Assembly (NCBI GenBank): GCA_965153285.1
Contig: OZ229123.1
DNA length: 64,000 bases
From: Podarcis tiliguerta
Lineage: Eukaryota
Direction: 5' to 3' (one strand)
In this document: positions 1 to 12,979 of the stretch, one piece after another
Layout: each line of letters begins with the position of its first letter
Position numbering within the stretch: position 1 is the first letter of the stretch
Translations under genes and position numbers: made by a program
The notes under the pieces: generated by a model
Database searches by the model: none
Told to the model about the DNA's origin: nothing
The model's input: the letters and a program-made list of their open reading frames with translations, nothing else

Positions 1-100
1 TTACTTTAAAAGAGGGTGAGACAAATTCATGGAGGAAGGTAAAGCTACCACAATGTCTATGTTCTCCCCCCACAGCTGGAGGCAACTATGTTTTCAAATA

Positions 101-339
101 CAGTTGTACCTTAGTTCTCGAATGCCTTTATATTTGTACGAATGCCACAAACCCAAAAGTGAGTGTTCCGGTTTGCGAACATTTTTCGGAAGCCAAACGT
201 CCAACGCAGCTTCCACACCTGACGACTGAGTGCAGGAAGCTCCTGCAGCAAATCGGAAGCCACGTCTTGGTTTTTGAATGGTTCCAGGAGTCAAACGGAC
301 TCCTGGGACGGATTAAGTTTGACAACCAAGGTACCAGTT
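101..339. mobile_element. Tc1/mariner-pogo type non-autonomous element (MITE)
   Basis: ta|CAGTTGTACCT ... AAGGTACCA termini; related to 60533-60998. Confidence 0.7.
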
Positions 340-441
340 TCTGGAAACAAGAGGGGAGAGGTCTCTTGTGGTCAGATCCTCTTTGAGGGTTTGCCATTGA
401 GGCATCTGCTCTGCCACTGTGAGAAGGGGATACTAGACTAC

Positions 442-2212
442 TAGAGCATGTTTATTTTTTCAACTTTCACATTCCAAAAATGAGGGGTGCTAAAAAGTTA
501 TAACATCACCTGGGAATTCAAAAGCTATTTTGGTTAAATTAATATAATTTAGTTTTGCATAGTAAACAACTACAGTACATAAAATATTGACCTTTTAAAT
601 AAATTTCCAATAATTTTAGACTTGTCCTATAAGAGTGAAAAATATATATGTGAAATTGCATAAAAATCGAAACGTCAAAACTTGACAAGCTTTTTGATAT
701 CCTCAATTGCAAGTGTAAGATTTTTCTTTGCTCTGAATTTGACTGCCCTACAGATTCTGGTTGCAAAAAAGAAGCTCATGTTCACTGTAAATGCCCTATG
801 GAGATGAAGATCCCTAGGAAGGAACTTGCTTTCATTAAAGGTCAGAGAGAGAATACTGGTTTGATTGGGCCACATCAGACTGTCTTGCCAGATCTGCCTG
901 AGCATAACAGACAAGCCACAAAGCAGAAGCGGCAATAAGATGAGAGAAGAAGACTTGCTGAATATAAGCAGTGAAGTAGGTAGGTTGCTTGAATACCATG
1001 AAATGAAATAATTTTCTCTGCTAGTGAAAATGAAGGTGCCCAAGATGGAAATGGTGGAAGTTATGAGTTGACATTAAGAAAAACAAGTACGACTTCCACT
1101 TCAAATAAAAAGTCAGAGTACAACACATTAGAAATACATAATGTTGCTATGTAGAACATCGGATAGGGTGTTGGCCTTTGTGCCACAGCTGCCCTCACCA
1201 CTGCCACCTTTCTGGATGCTGGCTTGATCACTGAAGACAAAGAGACTTGATCACAGTAAAGTCAAGAGGGCCAAGAAAAAGTTATGAAATCCCTGGATCA
1301 GGAATCTGATTCCCTTTGTCAGAAGGATGAAATTGACAGCATCTTCTTCGACGGCCAGGAAGATACAACTAAAGTTACGCTCAAATCAGACAATTCAGAT
1401 CAGCGGTTCCCAAACATCATCTCAGAACAGAATTAATATGTGTGCAGTGAGCCAGGTGGAAGATATCTCTACCACTTCACACTGGGAAAAGGCTGGAGTT
1501 TTTGCTAATAATTTTGTAGATTTCCTTAAGAAGAGCAGCATTGATAAGAGCCTGAAAGCCACTGAAGGTGATTCTACAAATCTTAACACTGGCTCGGAGG
1601 GTAGTACCATGCATTGGGTAGAGATCAAGCTTGGTTGTAAGCTGATCAGGTTGGTTTGTGCCCTCCACACCAATGAGTTACCCCGTGACAGTTGATCCAG
1701 CACTCAATGGAAAGACCTTGTCTAACAGCAAGTGGACAGGTAACACTAACAAGATGTTAAGACACTGCTACAGAACTTGATGTTGTTTCTTCATTAACCA
1801 AACTCACAACCGGAGAGCCTCTTCACTGACTGACAATGTCATAATGGATCTGTCTACTGATCAAGCGTTCAAGTATTGGATCACACAGACCATAAGGACA
1901 GGAAAACTTCCCATGGATCTGGTCCTTCTTGAAACTGATCCAGTAAGCCACTAAAGGCAAAGCCCCCAAGAACTTAAGACTGATAGTGGAATACATTGTT
2001 TGCATGTACTACCCCCTGCTGGTTCAACTTGAAGGTAAAACAGCCTTGTGTGGAAGGCCTACACCAAATCTTGTTTCAGCTGCAACAAGTTAGGCTGCAA
2101 AAGAAGGCTGTAGTGGATGCTGTTTTGCCAACCACTCAACATTCAGCTTGGTATGCATTCAGCGAAATGATAATCCAGACACTCTTGTGCTCAAATGACA
2201 ATGAGGAGAGGA
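442..2212 (+). mobile_element. Decayed DNA transposon with atypical hAT-like (hATm-type) transposase remnants
   Basis: Fragments in order, broken by stops and frameshifts: KLFDILNCKC...CKCPMEMKIPRKELAFIKGQR; IFFDGQEDTT; SEPGGRYL; GDSTNLNTG...LVCALHTNELP (DxxxxNTG...CxxH); DLSTDQ; PCWFNLK; AWYAFSE. Left end TAGAGCATG... interrupts a CR1-tail-like repeat; no right end seen. Confidence 0.8.
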
Positions 2213-2268
2213 GATCGAACCTGCAACCTTGGTGTTATCAGCACCACACCCCAACCAGCTGAGCTATC
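2213..2268 (-). mobile_element. tRNA-derived SINE head (tRNA-Ile-like)
   Basis: Reverse complement GATAGCTCAGCTGGT...GATAAC...GGTTCGATC with A and B boxes; similar head at 22671-22740 (+). Confidence 0.65.
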
Positions 2269-4429
2269 TTTCCATGGGTGTAACTAACTCAGGGCAATCA
2301 GCTTTGAACCCTGCTCCAATGCCACACTCACAAGGAATTGATACAGGGAGACTCCTCCCTGCACCACCCCCATCCTGGAGCACGGACAGAGTGACCGGCA
2401 TTACTTAAGTACACAGACAAAATGGAATTTGAAGATTTTGTCACTGTATTGATTGAGTTTATGGCTTCCCTGGCAAGAATCCATCCTGAATTTTAGTCTG
2501 GCTCAACACCCCAGGAGGCTTACAACTGCAAAACAAGAGGAACCACTATGATATAAATATAAAAGATTATTAAAAAGAAGCCATCTCCCATGAAAAGCAC
2601 CACCACACCCCGGGTGAAAACGGCTCCCACCCTAGGGACCTCTGCTGAAGGACAGACAGATGGCTTTTGTAAGCATGAAATCAGGCATAATAGTATAGCC
2701 ATGGGCTCACTCAAGCAGGTAGAATAGCAAGCCATAATGTAGGTCAGCTGAGGAGATTTAAGGCGGCGGGTGCAGAGGGATTTTCAGAACCACCAGGCAA
2801 CCTAGATATCCCCCTTCTTGTTATTTTGCTGGAAAATCCTCAGGCAGCTCTGAAAAATCCCACCCGGCCCAATTGTGGCACCCGCTGCTTAGCCACAGGG
2901 GCGGGCAGCGGCTCAAGCTGGAAGGAGACGGCAAAAGGCACCAGGGAGCTTCCCCTCCTCAATACACAGTAAGTGCTTGTCACCATCCCACATTTCTCAG
3001 TGAGGAAAGAGGACTGATGGGCAGAAAAAAGCCTTGTGCTGCCACACAGCCACAAACAAGAGGGGGAAGGTAGCACTGCTCATGCAGAAAAATGCTGAGC
3101 AGTCAGAAGAGGCCGGCTGCAAGGAACAGATCTGGTAACACTCAAAGGAGAACAAGGAAATCACAACGGGGTGCATTCACACAGGCAGTTTAACCTTAAG
3201 AACCCAACAGAAAAACTGCCTCTGTCTACCCCAACAAGCCGGAAAGGCTGTCTAGTCAAGAGATGCAAATGTTGATGGAAATCACACTGGCTCCTTGGCA
3301 ATTAATTGGAACTCGGGAATAAGCACAGGCCTCGCCAAGCAGTGTCTGCCAAAAAGTGGGAATGAGCAAAGGAGAGCAGGACTAGGCCCCATTCCTAAAC
3401 ATGTAACATGATCAAGTCCCCTTCAGACCCTTGTACACCCCCCCCCCCTTTCTGCTTTGTCAGCAAGGTCGCCGGATGAAGTTAGCTTGCATTCTGCACA
3501 TAACTCTTGCTCCACACAATGTATCTCAGGTAGTTATGGGTTTGTGTTTTTTATTTAGCTTTAAGCAGAAAGAATAACCACTAGCGTTAACTAAAGCAAT
3601 CCAAGAGATTTTGTATAAATTGCATGGAAAGCAGGAAATAGTGAAAGACCCTAGATATCAATATCAAGTTTTTAGGGAGTCTAAGCAAACATGAATCTGG
3701 AATCCACCGCTACCACAAGTAGTTGCATGTTTATTGCACATACCTGAAGTTGTACATTTGCCGTCTCTATTAAAATAGCACCAATTCCTCTTTGTTTTTG
3801 CACTGCCTTAAAAACCATAAATACTGTGTACGGTGTGAAAGCATAAAAAGCATTTTAACTCTCAACATATCCAACCCAAGAAGGAGGGAAAGATCTACAG
3901 GCACAACTTAACTAAACCAGCCCCATCTAAGTCAGAGCAGCAGTTGCCCCCCTGCAAACTGCTCGGCGGAGCAGCAATTAGGTGTGGGTGGTCAGGAGTC
4001 AGCATTTTCTGTCTCTCCACAGAGGAAATACTTCAGCTTATGCCACCTCTTTTGCCAGTCTCATATTCACTCACTGGCAGGGCAGAGACAGGGTCTGAGG
4101 CAGCTTAGGATCCTGACTAAGTCCTGACCCTCCCCATGATGACCCTCGAATCCTGCCCATTTCCAAGCTAATCTGGCATAAAGTCCCAAACGCTTGTGCC
4201 TCCTCAAAGAGACTGTCAGGATCTCAAGCACCTACACCTCTGTCTACCACATTCACTCAGGCAAGGGAGCTGCTGTCACAAGCTGAGCCTTCTTCTCATC
4301 TTTGATGTTACTGCAATATTATTTATATCCCGCATTTTCTCCCACTTTGGGATTCAAGGCCGCTTGCAACGTTTAAAAACAATGTTACAAAACAGAAGCA
4401 ATAAAAAAAAAATCCAGTTAAAAACAGTA

Positions 4430-4694
4430 CAGTGGTACCTCGGGTTAAGTACTTAATTCGTTCCGGAGGTCTGTTCTTAACGTGAAACTGTTCTTAACCT
4501 GAAGCACCACTTTAGCTAATGGGGCCTCCTCCTCCTCCTCCTCCTGCTGCTGCTGCTGCTGCTGCACCACCGGAGCACAATTTCTTTCTCTTCCTGAAGC
4601 AAAGTTCTTAATCTGAAGCACTATTGCTGGGTTAGCGGAGTCTGTAACCTGAAGCGTCTGTAACATGAAGCGTATGTAACCTGAGGTACCACTG
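4430..4694. mobile_element. Tc1/mariner-type MITE, CAGTGGTACCTC family
   Basis: TIR CAGTGGTACCTC/GAGGTACCACTG, TA on the left flank, internal TAACCTGAAG repeats and a CCT/CTG microsatellite. Confidence 0.85.
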
Positions 4695-7600
4695 TGATTA
4701 AAATACATAAGAACACAAGAGTTGCAGAGGTGGGAAGCAACAGCCCTGACAACTCTGTGGCAGTCCCTTTCCCTCTCCAACTCTGAGGAAGAGTATGGGG
4801 AGGCTGCTGTATTCTCAGAATACCCGGAGAGCATGCCATGTAAAACCAGCAGCACACCACTGCCCCAGAGGGGGCATTCTCGGCTGACGCTTGGCCAAGA
4901 TACCCAAGCTCCTTGATCAAGTGATGGCAAAACAGTAAACCCCTCTGCCTCCCTGCTTTAGCCCAGGAAAACAGGATGAGGTACACTGGCAGCGGCACGA
5001 CAAAGGTGCCCAAACAGCAAAGGGAACAACGACAGGGAACAACAAGGAGAGCCTCAAACTGTTAAACCACTGCAGGATCCCATATGAAGGCACTGTCAGT
5101 CTCATATTATTCTGCTACAAGCCCCAAGACCAGCCCTACCATTAGGCAGAGTAGGCTGGTAGGTGCAGGCCTCCTGCTCTCAAGTGGGGTGCAGGCATGG
5201 CCAGTTCCCCTTGGGAAGCAGAATTTTTGGGGTCAACCCTGACAAGCTACACACTTCCACTGCTACCTGCCTAAAGAATGCAAAATAAACTTTACATCCT
5301 ACCATAGAATATTTGCAGGAGTTTACTGAGAACCCCTGAGCCCCGGGGTGGAACTGCAGTTTTCCACTATTAATCCAGGAACTCTTACCCTGTGCACTGT
5401 TTACAGACCGTTCAAGACAGGAAACTATTAGAGAAAGTTGCTTTCTATTTTTTTTAAAAAGGTACTTTAAAACAATAAATTACTTGCTTCGCTTGCAGTT
5501 CCCAATCTCTGCATTAACCAGTATGTTTACTGAAACATCTAAACAATAGTTTGCTAACCTGTTGGTAAGCAAAAACAATCCCATCAATCACAGAATTTGC
5601 CAACTGTTAAGCACAGGAACATGCCTGGACAATGTATACAGTTAATCCTATGAAAGCAATAAAAAGTGTACATAAAACAAAGTATGACCCAAATCAGAAT
5701 CAGATTTGCCTCCTCTCTCAGCACTCGAGGAGACAAAAATTGATGCAGGGTTTATTTATGATCGGGGGTTTATTTATGATAATGAGCCCTTTAAGTTTCA
5801 TATTTGCCTCTCCATTGGATGTGTGGTTTAAAATCCACAAGGACCTCATCCTGCATTCTGTGATCCAAATCCAGGAGGGCCACTTCTTGTCAAGCACTTA
5901 AGCTGACACTTGCAGTGGCTGTCAGGGTCTTTGGTATCCGTTTGCTCCAATCCACAGATCCACAGATCCCCATGCAGCTAGACACAGGGATCAAACATTT
6001 CTGAACTCTCTATTAAACAAGATCATGAAGGGCATTTTTAGAAAGGGGTTCAATTTCAAAGGGTCTAAAAACAGGTGATGGGGTTTATTTCTTTATTTGA
6101 TTCCGTTTCACAGATAGAATGATAGAACTTGCACTGGGGGAGGGAAATCTGTATGTAGAACTTTTTTAAAAACATAAGCCACCTGCAGCCTATGGAGGAA
6201 GACCATTCAAGAGGAAACCGATGTGCTTATTACACAGAGCTACAGGAATCTCCCTCATTCTTGCATACAAAGAGGCACATACGTAGCTGCTACCGAAAAA
6301 TGCAGGGCAGGAATTGGAGTCTTCTCTGTATCCAACTGAAAAGACCAAGAAAATGTTTAGGTAGGCAGAATACAGCTGACTGAAATAGCTGACAAAGACA
6401 GGGAGGTTAAAGCAATCTTGTCTTGCAAAAAGGAGCCTTTTGAAACAGACTTTGACAATGACAATACAGGAAACAAAATTCTTATTCATTCAACAGCCCT
6501 ACTCACTTATGAGAGGGAAGCCCATTTTACTCCTGACAACCTTGCAAAGCTACCTGGCTACAGAAAAACCAAGTGCACCCTCTTGGCTTGGCCAACTTCA
6601 ACAAAGCCAGAGGAGCAGAACCAGAGTAACAATTCTATATTATGCGTGGGGAACCTTTGACCCTCCAGGTGTTGCCATCAGCTCCAACAAGCATGGACAA
6701 TAGCATGCGATGATGGGAGCTGTAGTTCAGCAACATCTGGAGGGCCTGACATTCCAAACACCTGATAGCCATTTACGGTAGATGGGAAAAGGAAGTAACA
6801 GTAATAAGAATTACTGTAAGCATTTTCCAGGACCATGTACTTAAGTTTTGCATTGTGCATTCAGGGACTCCATTCATTACAAAATGATAACATTCAATTA
6901 AATAATGAGCCGTATTCCCAAGTCTGCTTTCTACATAGTGTTCTAGTTAGCACATCACATTAAACCATATTTAAAACTAGCTATGGATTAGTGTGAGCAA
7001 GCGGTTGCTGGTACATGGTTATTCAACCACAGGCACTTCGCTCCTTCCCTGCTCCTGCCACACTGAGAAGGAAACCAGCTCAACAAGAGAGCCTTAATAG
7101 CACCTGAAAGACTAACAAATTTAATATGGCAGAGGCTTTCTAGTCCATGACATAATAAATTAGATAGACTTTACATTACTACAAGACTCTCATTTTGCTC
7201 CAGCATATGACATACAGAAGCTACCCTCCTAACAGAATAAGCTATCCAGATTTCCATACTGGGTAGAGGCACCCTGGAAATGGAAAGAGAAGCCATTCTT
7301 TGGCAGCATTCTCCTGAACAGTTTAAAAGGGGCTTCCACTCCTTTGCAAGGAGGACAGCACATCCTCTCCTCCCTCCTTCTCTCAAGAGGAACAGCACAA
7401 AATGAAAAGGACATGTAGGAGACACACAGGTCTACGGTAACAAGGCCCAGTACTAAAGCCATGCTTCTAGCTCTGTTTCCTGATGTACGTGCAGTTGTGT
7501 AACATGTGAAGAAATATAATGTTGGTATGTGCTAAAGCCCGCCAGGCTCACCATGTAATCACTGCCGCCATTTCCTCCTCCTCCTGGTGGGGAACACTAG

Positions 7601-8406
7601 CAGGAGGGGGGCAGCAGCATGAGTGAGGAGGCCGGCAGGCAAGGAAGTGTGGAAAGAATGTGCCTCCCAACCACAGCTAAAGCCGCCGTCTCCTGGGAAG
7701 GAAAGCACCCCACAACCAACTGCTCAAGGTGGAAGTGGCAAAATCCCACCACTACAGGCAACCAGCTTCCTCAAAAAGAGAGGAAAGAAGTGGTCGAGCA
7801 TCCAGCCACTGACTGGAGCACATAACAGGCCTCAATGTGCCAATATTCTGTAGCCGCAAAGACCTTAAAGAGTTGTAAAGTTCACAGTGCCATGAACCTC
7901 TTCTCATCCATCTTCTTCTTGTGCATTTGGTTCAAGCAAAGTAACTATTTCTGTGATGCAGCTTCAGCAAACCAGTGGGGACCCTGCATAAGACCTATCA
8001 CCATTGATACAGCAAATGCCCACTTGAGTTTCTGACCTTGTGAACCGTATTTAAAAGTTTAAAAGCTCCACTAAATATTCAAAGTTGCTACAATAAACAT
8101 AAAGCAGACACCATAGAATCTGTGGTAACAAAACTGCTGTCCCCCTCCAAAAACTGGAAACCCAGAATTACAGAAAATCACAAAAGATTCACTTCAGTGC
8201 CAAGAAAGCTAGCGCTAGCCCACAGGCTGAGGCTTTCCTGCTGAGCTTTAATCAAGCCTTAATAAGTGCATGAACAATTGTGCTGCACAATGACCAACAA
8301 GGGTATCTATCACCTTCCAGTTCTTTCTTCACAAGCAGATTTGATGACGTTTCTTAAGTGTCACAAGCTGAGTCTACATTACATTTACATTTGATTTTAC
8401 ATTAGG

Positions 8407-8767
8407 GGGACGCGGGTGGCGCTGTGGGTAAAACCTCAGCGCCTAGGACTTGCCGATCATCAGGTCGGCGGTTCGAATCCCCGCGGCGGGGTGCGCTCCC
8501 GTTGCTCGGTCCCAGCGCCTGCCAACCTAGCAGTTCGAAAGCACCCCTAAGTGCAAGTAGATAAATAGGGACCGCTTACTAGCGGGAAGGTAAACGGCGT
8601 TCCGTGTGCTGCGCTGGCTCGCCAGATGCAGCTTGTCACGCTGGCCACGTGACCCGGAAGTGTCTTTGGACAGCGCTGGCCCCCGGCCTCTTAAGCGAGA
8701 TGGGAGCAGAACCCCAGAGTTGGACACGACTGGCCCGTACGGGCAGGGGTACCTTTACTTTATCTTA
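8407..8767 (+). mobile_element. Sauria SINE (lacertid type)
   Basis: GGGACGCGGGTGGCGCTGTGG head, B box GGTTCGAATCC, BovB-like 3' end GGACACGACT, ACCTTT tail. Confidence 0.9.
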
Positions 8768-10980
8768 TTCTTAAAAGGGAAATGCTTATCAAGGAAATAA
8801 TCTTATCACTTTTTTTGAAATTATTTTTATCCATCCTGGCTAGTAGCATGACTGCCATGTTTCAGCTCTTTGGAGAAAAACCAGACAGATTATTTCCCCT
8901 GAGATAAAGTAAGATCAGTGTCCTCTTTTTTCCTCTCTATTTATTCATTCATCCACTCATCCATCCTTTATGGTTAGAAACTGCCTTTCAGTTCTGTTTC
9001 CAAGAATAAATTGCTCCCCGTCTTCAGCAGGAAGATCCTAAGAAAGTAAAGCACCACATGAAGGTGAAGCCTCAGAACAGCTGTTTCCAGAGTAGCAGCC
9101 ATGCTGGTCTGCTGCAGCCAACATCCCAAACTCTTGTGGCTCCTTAAAGACCAAGCAGAAAGCCCACTTCACCAGCTTAGGCTACAATAAACATGTTAGC
9201 CTTTAAGTTGTCACCAGGCTCTAAGCAGCAACTATCTCTTCCCCAGGCAACCTAACAACAGTCACCATTCCTGCTCAAAACACCAAGTCAAATTTGGTGC
9301 CATTCTAAAGCTTCAGGAAGGAACAGTTTGGATAGAAATCTGTGGGTTTTGTTTAAATCTGACCGGGATGGTTATTTCCATGCCCACCAGTTTGGAAGAA
9401 AAACAAGGTAAGGGTTCCTTCATACTCAGGAGGATAACTGCAGTGTATTAGTTTGATAAGAATAAAGCAACAGGGCGCAATGAGCTTCCAGGACCTTCGG
9501 AAAGCTGAGGGCAGCTGAGCCACAGAATGTCAATGGTGTCAGCTAAAAGGAAAAGGGTGGAAGAGGGGAGGAACTGGCCAGCTTGAGCCCTTAACACAGT
9601 TTATTTAACAGCCTGCCCATTAACACAGTAGGTCCCAGAGCATCCTGGCAAGAACCATAAATAATCCCAGTGGCTATTGGCTGATAACTGCAGCCATTCT
9701 GTAGGCAGAGTGAGCCATGTTACAATATCCATGGTGCAACGGCTGCACCCATGAACTGCCTAAGAAACACAGTATGTCCCATCCCTGGTAGGCAGCTAGG
9801 GCACACAGTAAGTGGAGGAAATATTCAATGTTCAAACCTATTCAAATAAATCTTCAAGCAAAAAGGTATTGACAAGTACCCTTGCATGTGTACCGAGAAG
9901 TAGAGAGTAATTAATCCCTTAATAGCATGATCACTATTTTATGACATTTTGGCTGGTCTTAATAAAGGCATTGCCTACAATGAACCAACATGGATTCCTC
10001 CTCTTTTATTAATTTCACAGTTGTTCTCCTCCCCCATATAGGATCTGTGCAAGTATTTCGACAACTAATGCCTAGAAAGTGCAAAAACTCTGCTTCTGTG
10101 AGGTTCAATGCTGGCAACCACAAATAAACACGCTTTCTAAGGAAAAATCTGACATACAACATGATCAAAGTTGTTTTTGAAACAATTAGAACAAATGTTA
10201 GAATAATAATTTAAGTAAGTCTCTTCCAATGGTGATCAAAATTGCTGAAACAAGACTGAATCAATTCACTCCAAGAAATGGCAAATATCACACAAACAGT
10301 TACGCCCTTTTCAAAATCTCAGCAATCCACTGAGAACATTAACAGTCCTTGTTGAGCTTGAACCCGTATAGCTGCACTAGATCCACTGTTTATGGCAATT
10401 TGACCTCATAGTTTGCAAGGGACAAACCCGGACTCCCTCTTTTCTCGCACACAACAGTAGACTCTTGGCTCTTGTAAACAGCGGGTGGCCTCCTGAAACC
10501 TGGCACCCCACTTGTTTTCCAACATCATGAGATTAAAAGAGAAGCAGCTCTGCTGAAAAGTGTTCCATATTCTCCTGATCCAATCATTAAAAACAAGCAA
10601 TGAACAATCTCCTCATTGTCCCAAGCACCAAATCATAAACAAACAGTACCCTGGAAGCAAGGTCCATTCTAAGCAGCCCTTGTTGAGCAGCCAGGAAGCC
10701 TCATCCATGACCAGAGGGTACAAAGTGGAAGAGCAGCCCCCCACCCTGAAAAAAAAATCAAGAGAAAATAAATGACTAATCTGTTGACCAAGCCCAACCA
10801 TTTTCCAACCCAGAACTTTGCTAACTAAGGCTGAACTCCTACCCCCACTTAACTAAGAGTAAGTCACATTGAATTAAATAGGGTTTACTTCTGAGTAGGC
10901 ATGCTTAGGATTGCACTGCTTGTCATCTACCAAAAGGGTAAGTTGGAAACAAGACTAGATCAATTGTTCCTATACAATTA

Positions 10981-11322
10981 AAGGTAAAGGGTAAAGGGAC
11001 CCCTGACCATTAGGTCCAGTCGTGACCAACTCTGGGGTTGCAGCGCTCATCTCGCTTTATTGGCCGAGGGAGCCGGCGTACAGCTTCCGGGTCATGTGGC
11101 CAGCATGACTAAGCCGCTTCTGGCGAACCAGAGCAGCGCACAGAAATGCCATTTACCTTCCCGCCGGAGCGGTACCTATTTATCTACTTGCACTGGTGTG
11201 CTTTTGAACTGCTAGGTTGGCAGGAGCAGGGACTGAGCAACGGGAGCTCACCCCGTCGCGGGGATTCGAACTGCCGACCTTCTGATCGGCAAGTCCTAGG
11301 CTCACAGTGTCACCCATGTCCC
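10981..11322 (-). mobile_element. Sauria SINE with 13-bp TSD
   Basis: TSD TCCTATACAATTA at 10968-10980 and 11323-11335. Confidence 0.92.
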
Positions 11323-11697
11323 TCCTATACAATTACTTGTCTCCAATTTGAGTTAACAAGGCAGCCACCAGCTTTGCCTCAAAAAAACAAAACCCAATTG
11401 ACAACAGAGCTGTGTGAAGTTGCAGTTTTTCCATCACCCAATATTAAAAGAAGGCAGAGTAGGCATCACAATCATAGGCAGAGTCTTGGTATGATAAGAG
11501 TCAACTATGAAGCATCATTTATCAGGTGTTATTCATGAGCCAGGAGTACTGACTAGCATGTATGTCTCTTTCTTTCTGATACACACACCAAACTTATCTT
11601 TCCACACAAGTTTTTAGGGATCTTGGGCATGAACTAACTCACTAGTCACAGCTCTCTACACAGCAAGACCAAAGCCTGCAGAGGATGCTGTGCCTTT

Positions 11698-11897
11698 GGG
11701 GAAAGGTTGTAGCTAGGTGGTAGAACATCTGGTTAGCATGCAGAAGGACCTCTTCAGTTCAACCCCCAGCATCTCCAGGTAGGGCTGACAAAGTCTCCTG
11801 CCTTAGACCCAGAAGAGCCACTGCCAGTCAGTGTAGACAATACTGAGTGAGATGAACCAATAACCTAATTCAGCACTGGGCTGCTTCCAAGGTTCTA
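11698..11897 (+). mobile_element. Squam3-like tRNA-derived SINE
   Basis: ...GCATGCAGAAGG...GCATCTCCAGGTAGGGCTG...CTGCCAGTCAGTGTAGACAATACTGAG. Further copies near 20070-20190, 37135-37310, 50285-50425, 58229-58420(-), 61165-61290(-), 62918-63095(-). Confidence 0.75.
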
Positions 11898-12979
11898 TGC
11901 AGAGAGGGAATCAGGGCTACTATCTATGAAATACCAGAAACACGTGTGTTTAACTAAGAATCATACCAGTGCTAAATACCTGAACATTCTGCCATGAAGA
12001 AGATGGAACAAACTCATTCTTTGTTGCTCCATAGAGCAGGACTAGAACTGATAGGTAGAAACTGCAAGGAAGCAAATTTTGACTGAGCATTAAAAGAAAT
12101 ATTGCAACACAAAAGGCTACTAGGGAGCAGCACAGGTAGTGCTGGTGGGTTCTCCCACACTTGAGGCATTTAAGCAGTGGATGGCCACCCATATGCCAGG
12201 AATGGTGAAGATTCCTGAACTAAGCCGGGTGGGAGTCCAACTCTTATGATCCTAGGAAGTTATGATCCTCTATTCGGTATGACAGAATTCTCTGTGCAAC
12301 TCCAAACTTTATACCCTCCTATGGAAGTTTCATAGGTAACAAGTAACATATTTAAATGATGTAAACGGAACTGTTTCTCTCATCTCACTCAATAAGAATT
12401 GCAGATAACACCTGAAGGAGATTCCAAACAGGTATTTTCTGCTATTCTTCATTCACTGCCGGTCTTAATATGAGTCAAGACTCCTCAGAGCTCACCCCTG
12501 GAACAGAAGGAAAACTACAGTTATCACAAATGGCACTCTGCATCTGCTCAGAGGTTTCCTTTCAGTCAGCCTATAAGTAGAAAGAAAAAAATCATCTATG
12601 CAAGTACTGATTGATAGAGGCACCTTAAGTTGCACAAGGGGATGACTTGAACTAGGAATTAAACAAAGGTATCACTTTTCCACCGCCAGATCTCAGCACC
12701 TGTACCTGTGAATCTGGAATATACCACCTCTGGAAGCCACCACAAATCATTAACACACTGCCATCAGTGCCAGTGAGGGAGCTTCCTAAGAACAACCAAT
12801 GCACCTCCCTGCCCCAAAGAGCTTACAGTCTAAATGTCAGCTCTAACCCAAGGGAATGACACCTTTGCCAAGAGCACCCAGGTCACAGCGCAGCATGCCT
12901 TCCAAGCAAGCAGGGCATCTGGTGATTATTTTTAGGTGCTGCAGGTCTCGATGCACTGGCCCTGCTGCTGCTCTTTGTG

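Noticed and set aside
2213-2268. tRNA-like sequences here and at 22671-22740 and 55674-55740
   Set aside because: Degenerate stems, and the latter two run into CR1-type tails; these are SINE heads, not tRNA genes.
4430-4694. Recurring TAACCTGAAG units resembling a CRISPR or regulatory array
   Set aside because: Internal repeats of a multi-copy TA-flanked MITE; no constant-length unique spacers, no cas genes, vertebrate context.
1-12840. USP31 exon 2
   Set aside because: No QHDAQEFL-type sequence found; this stretch is treated as intron 1.
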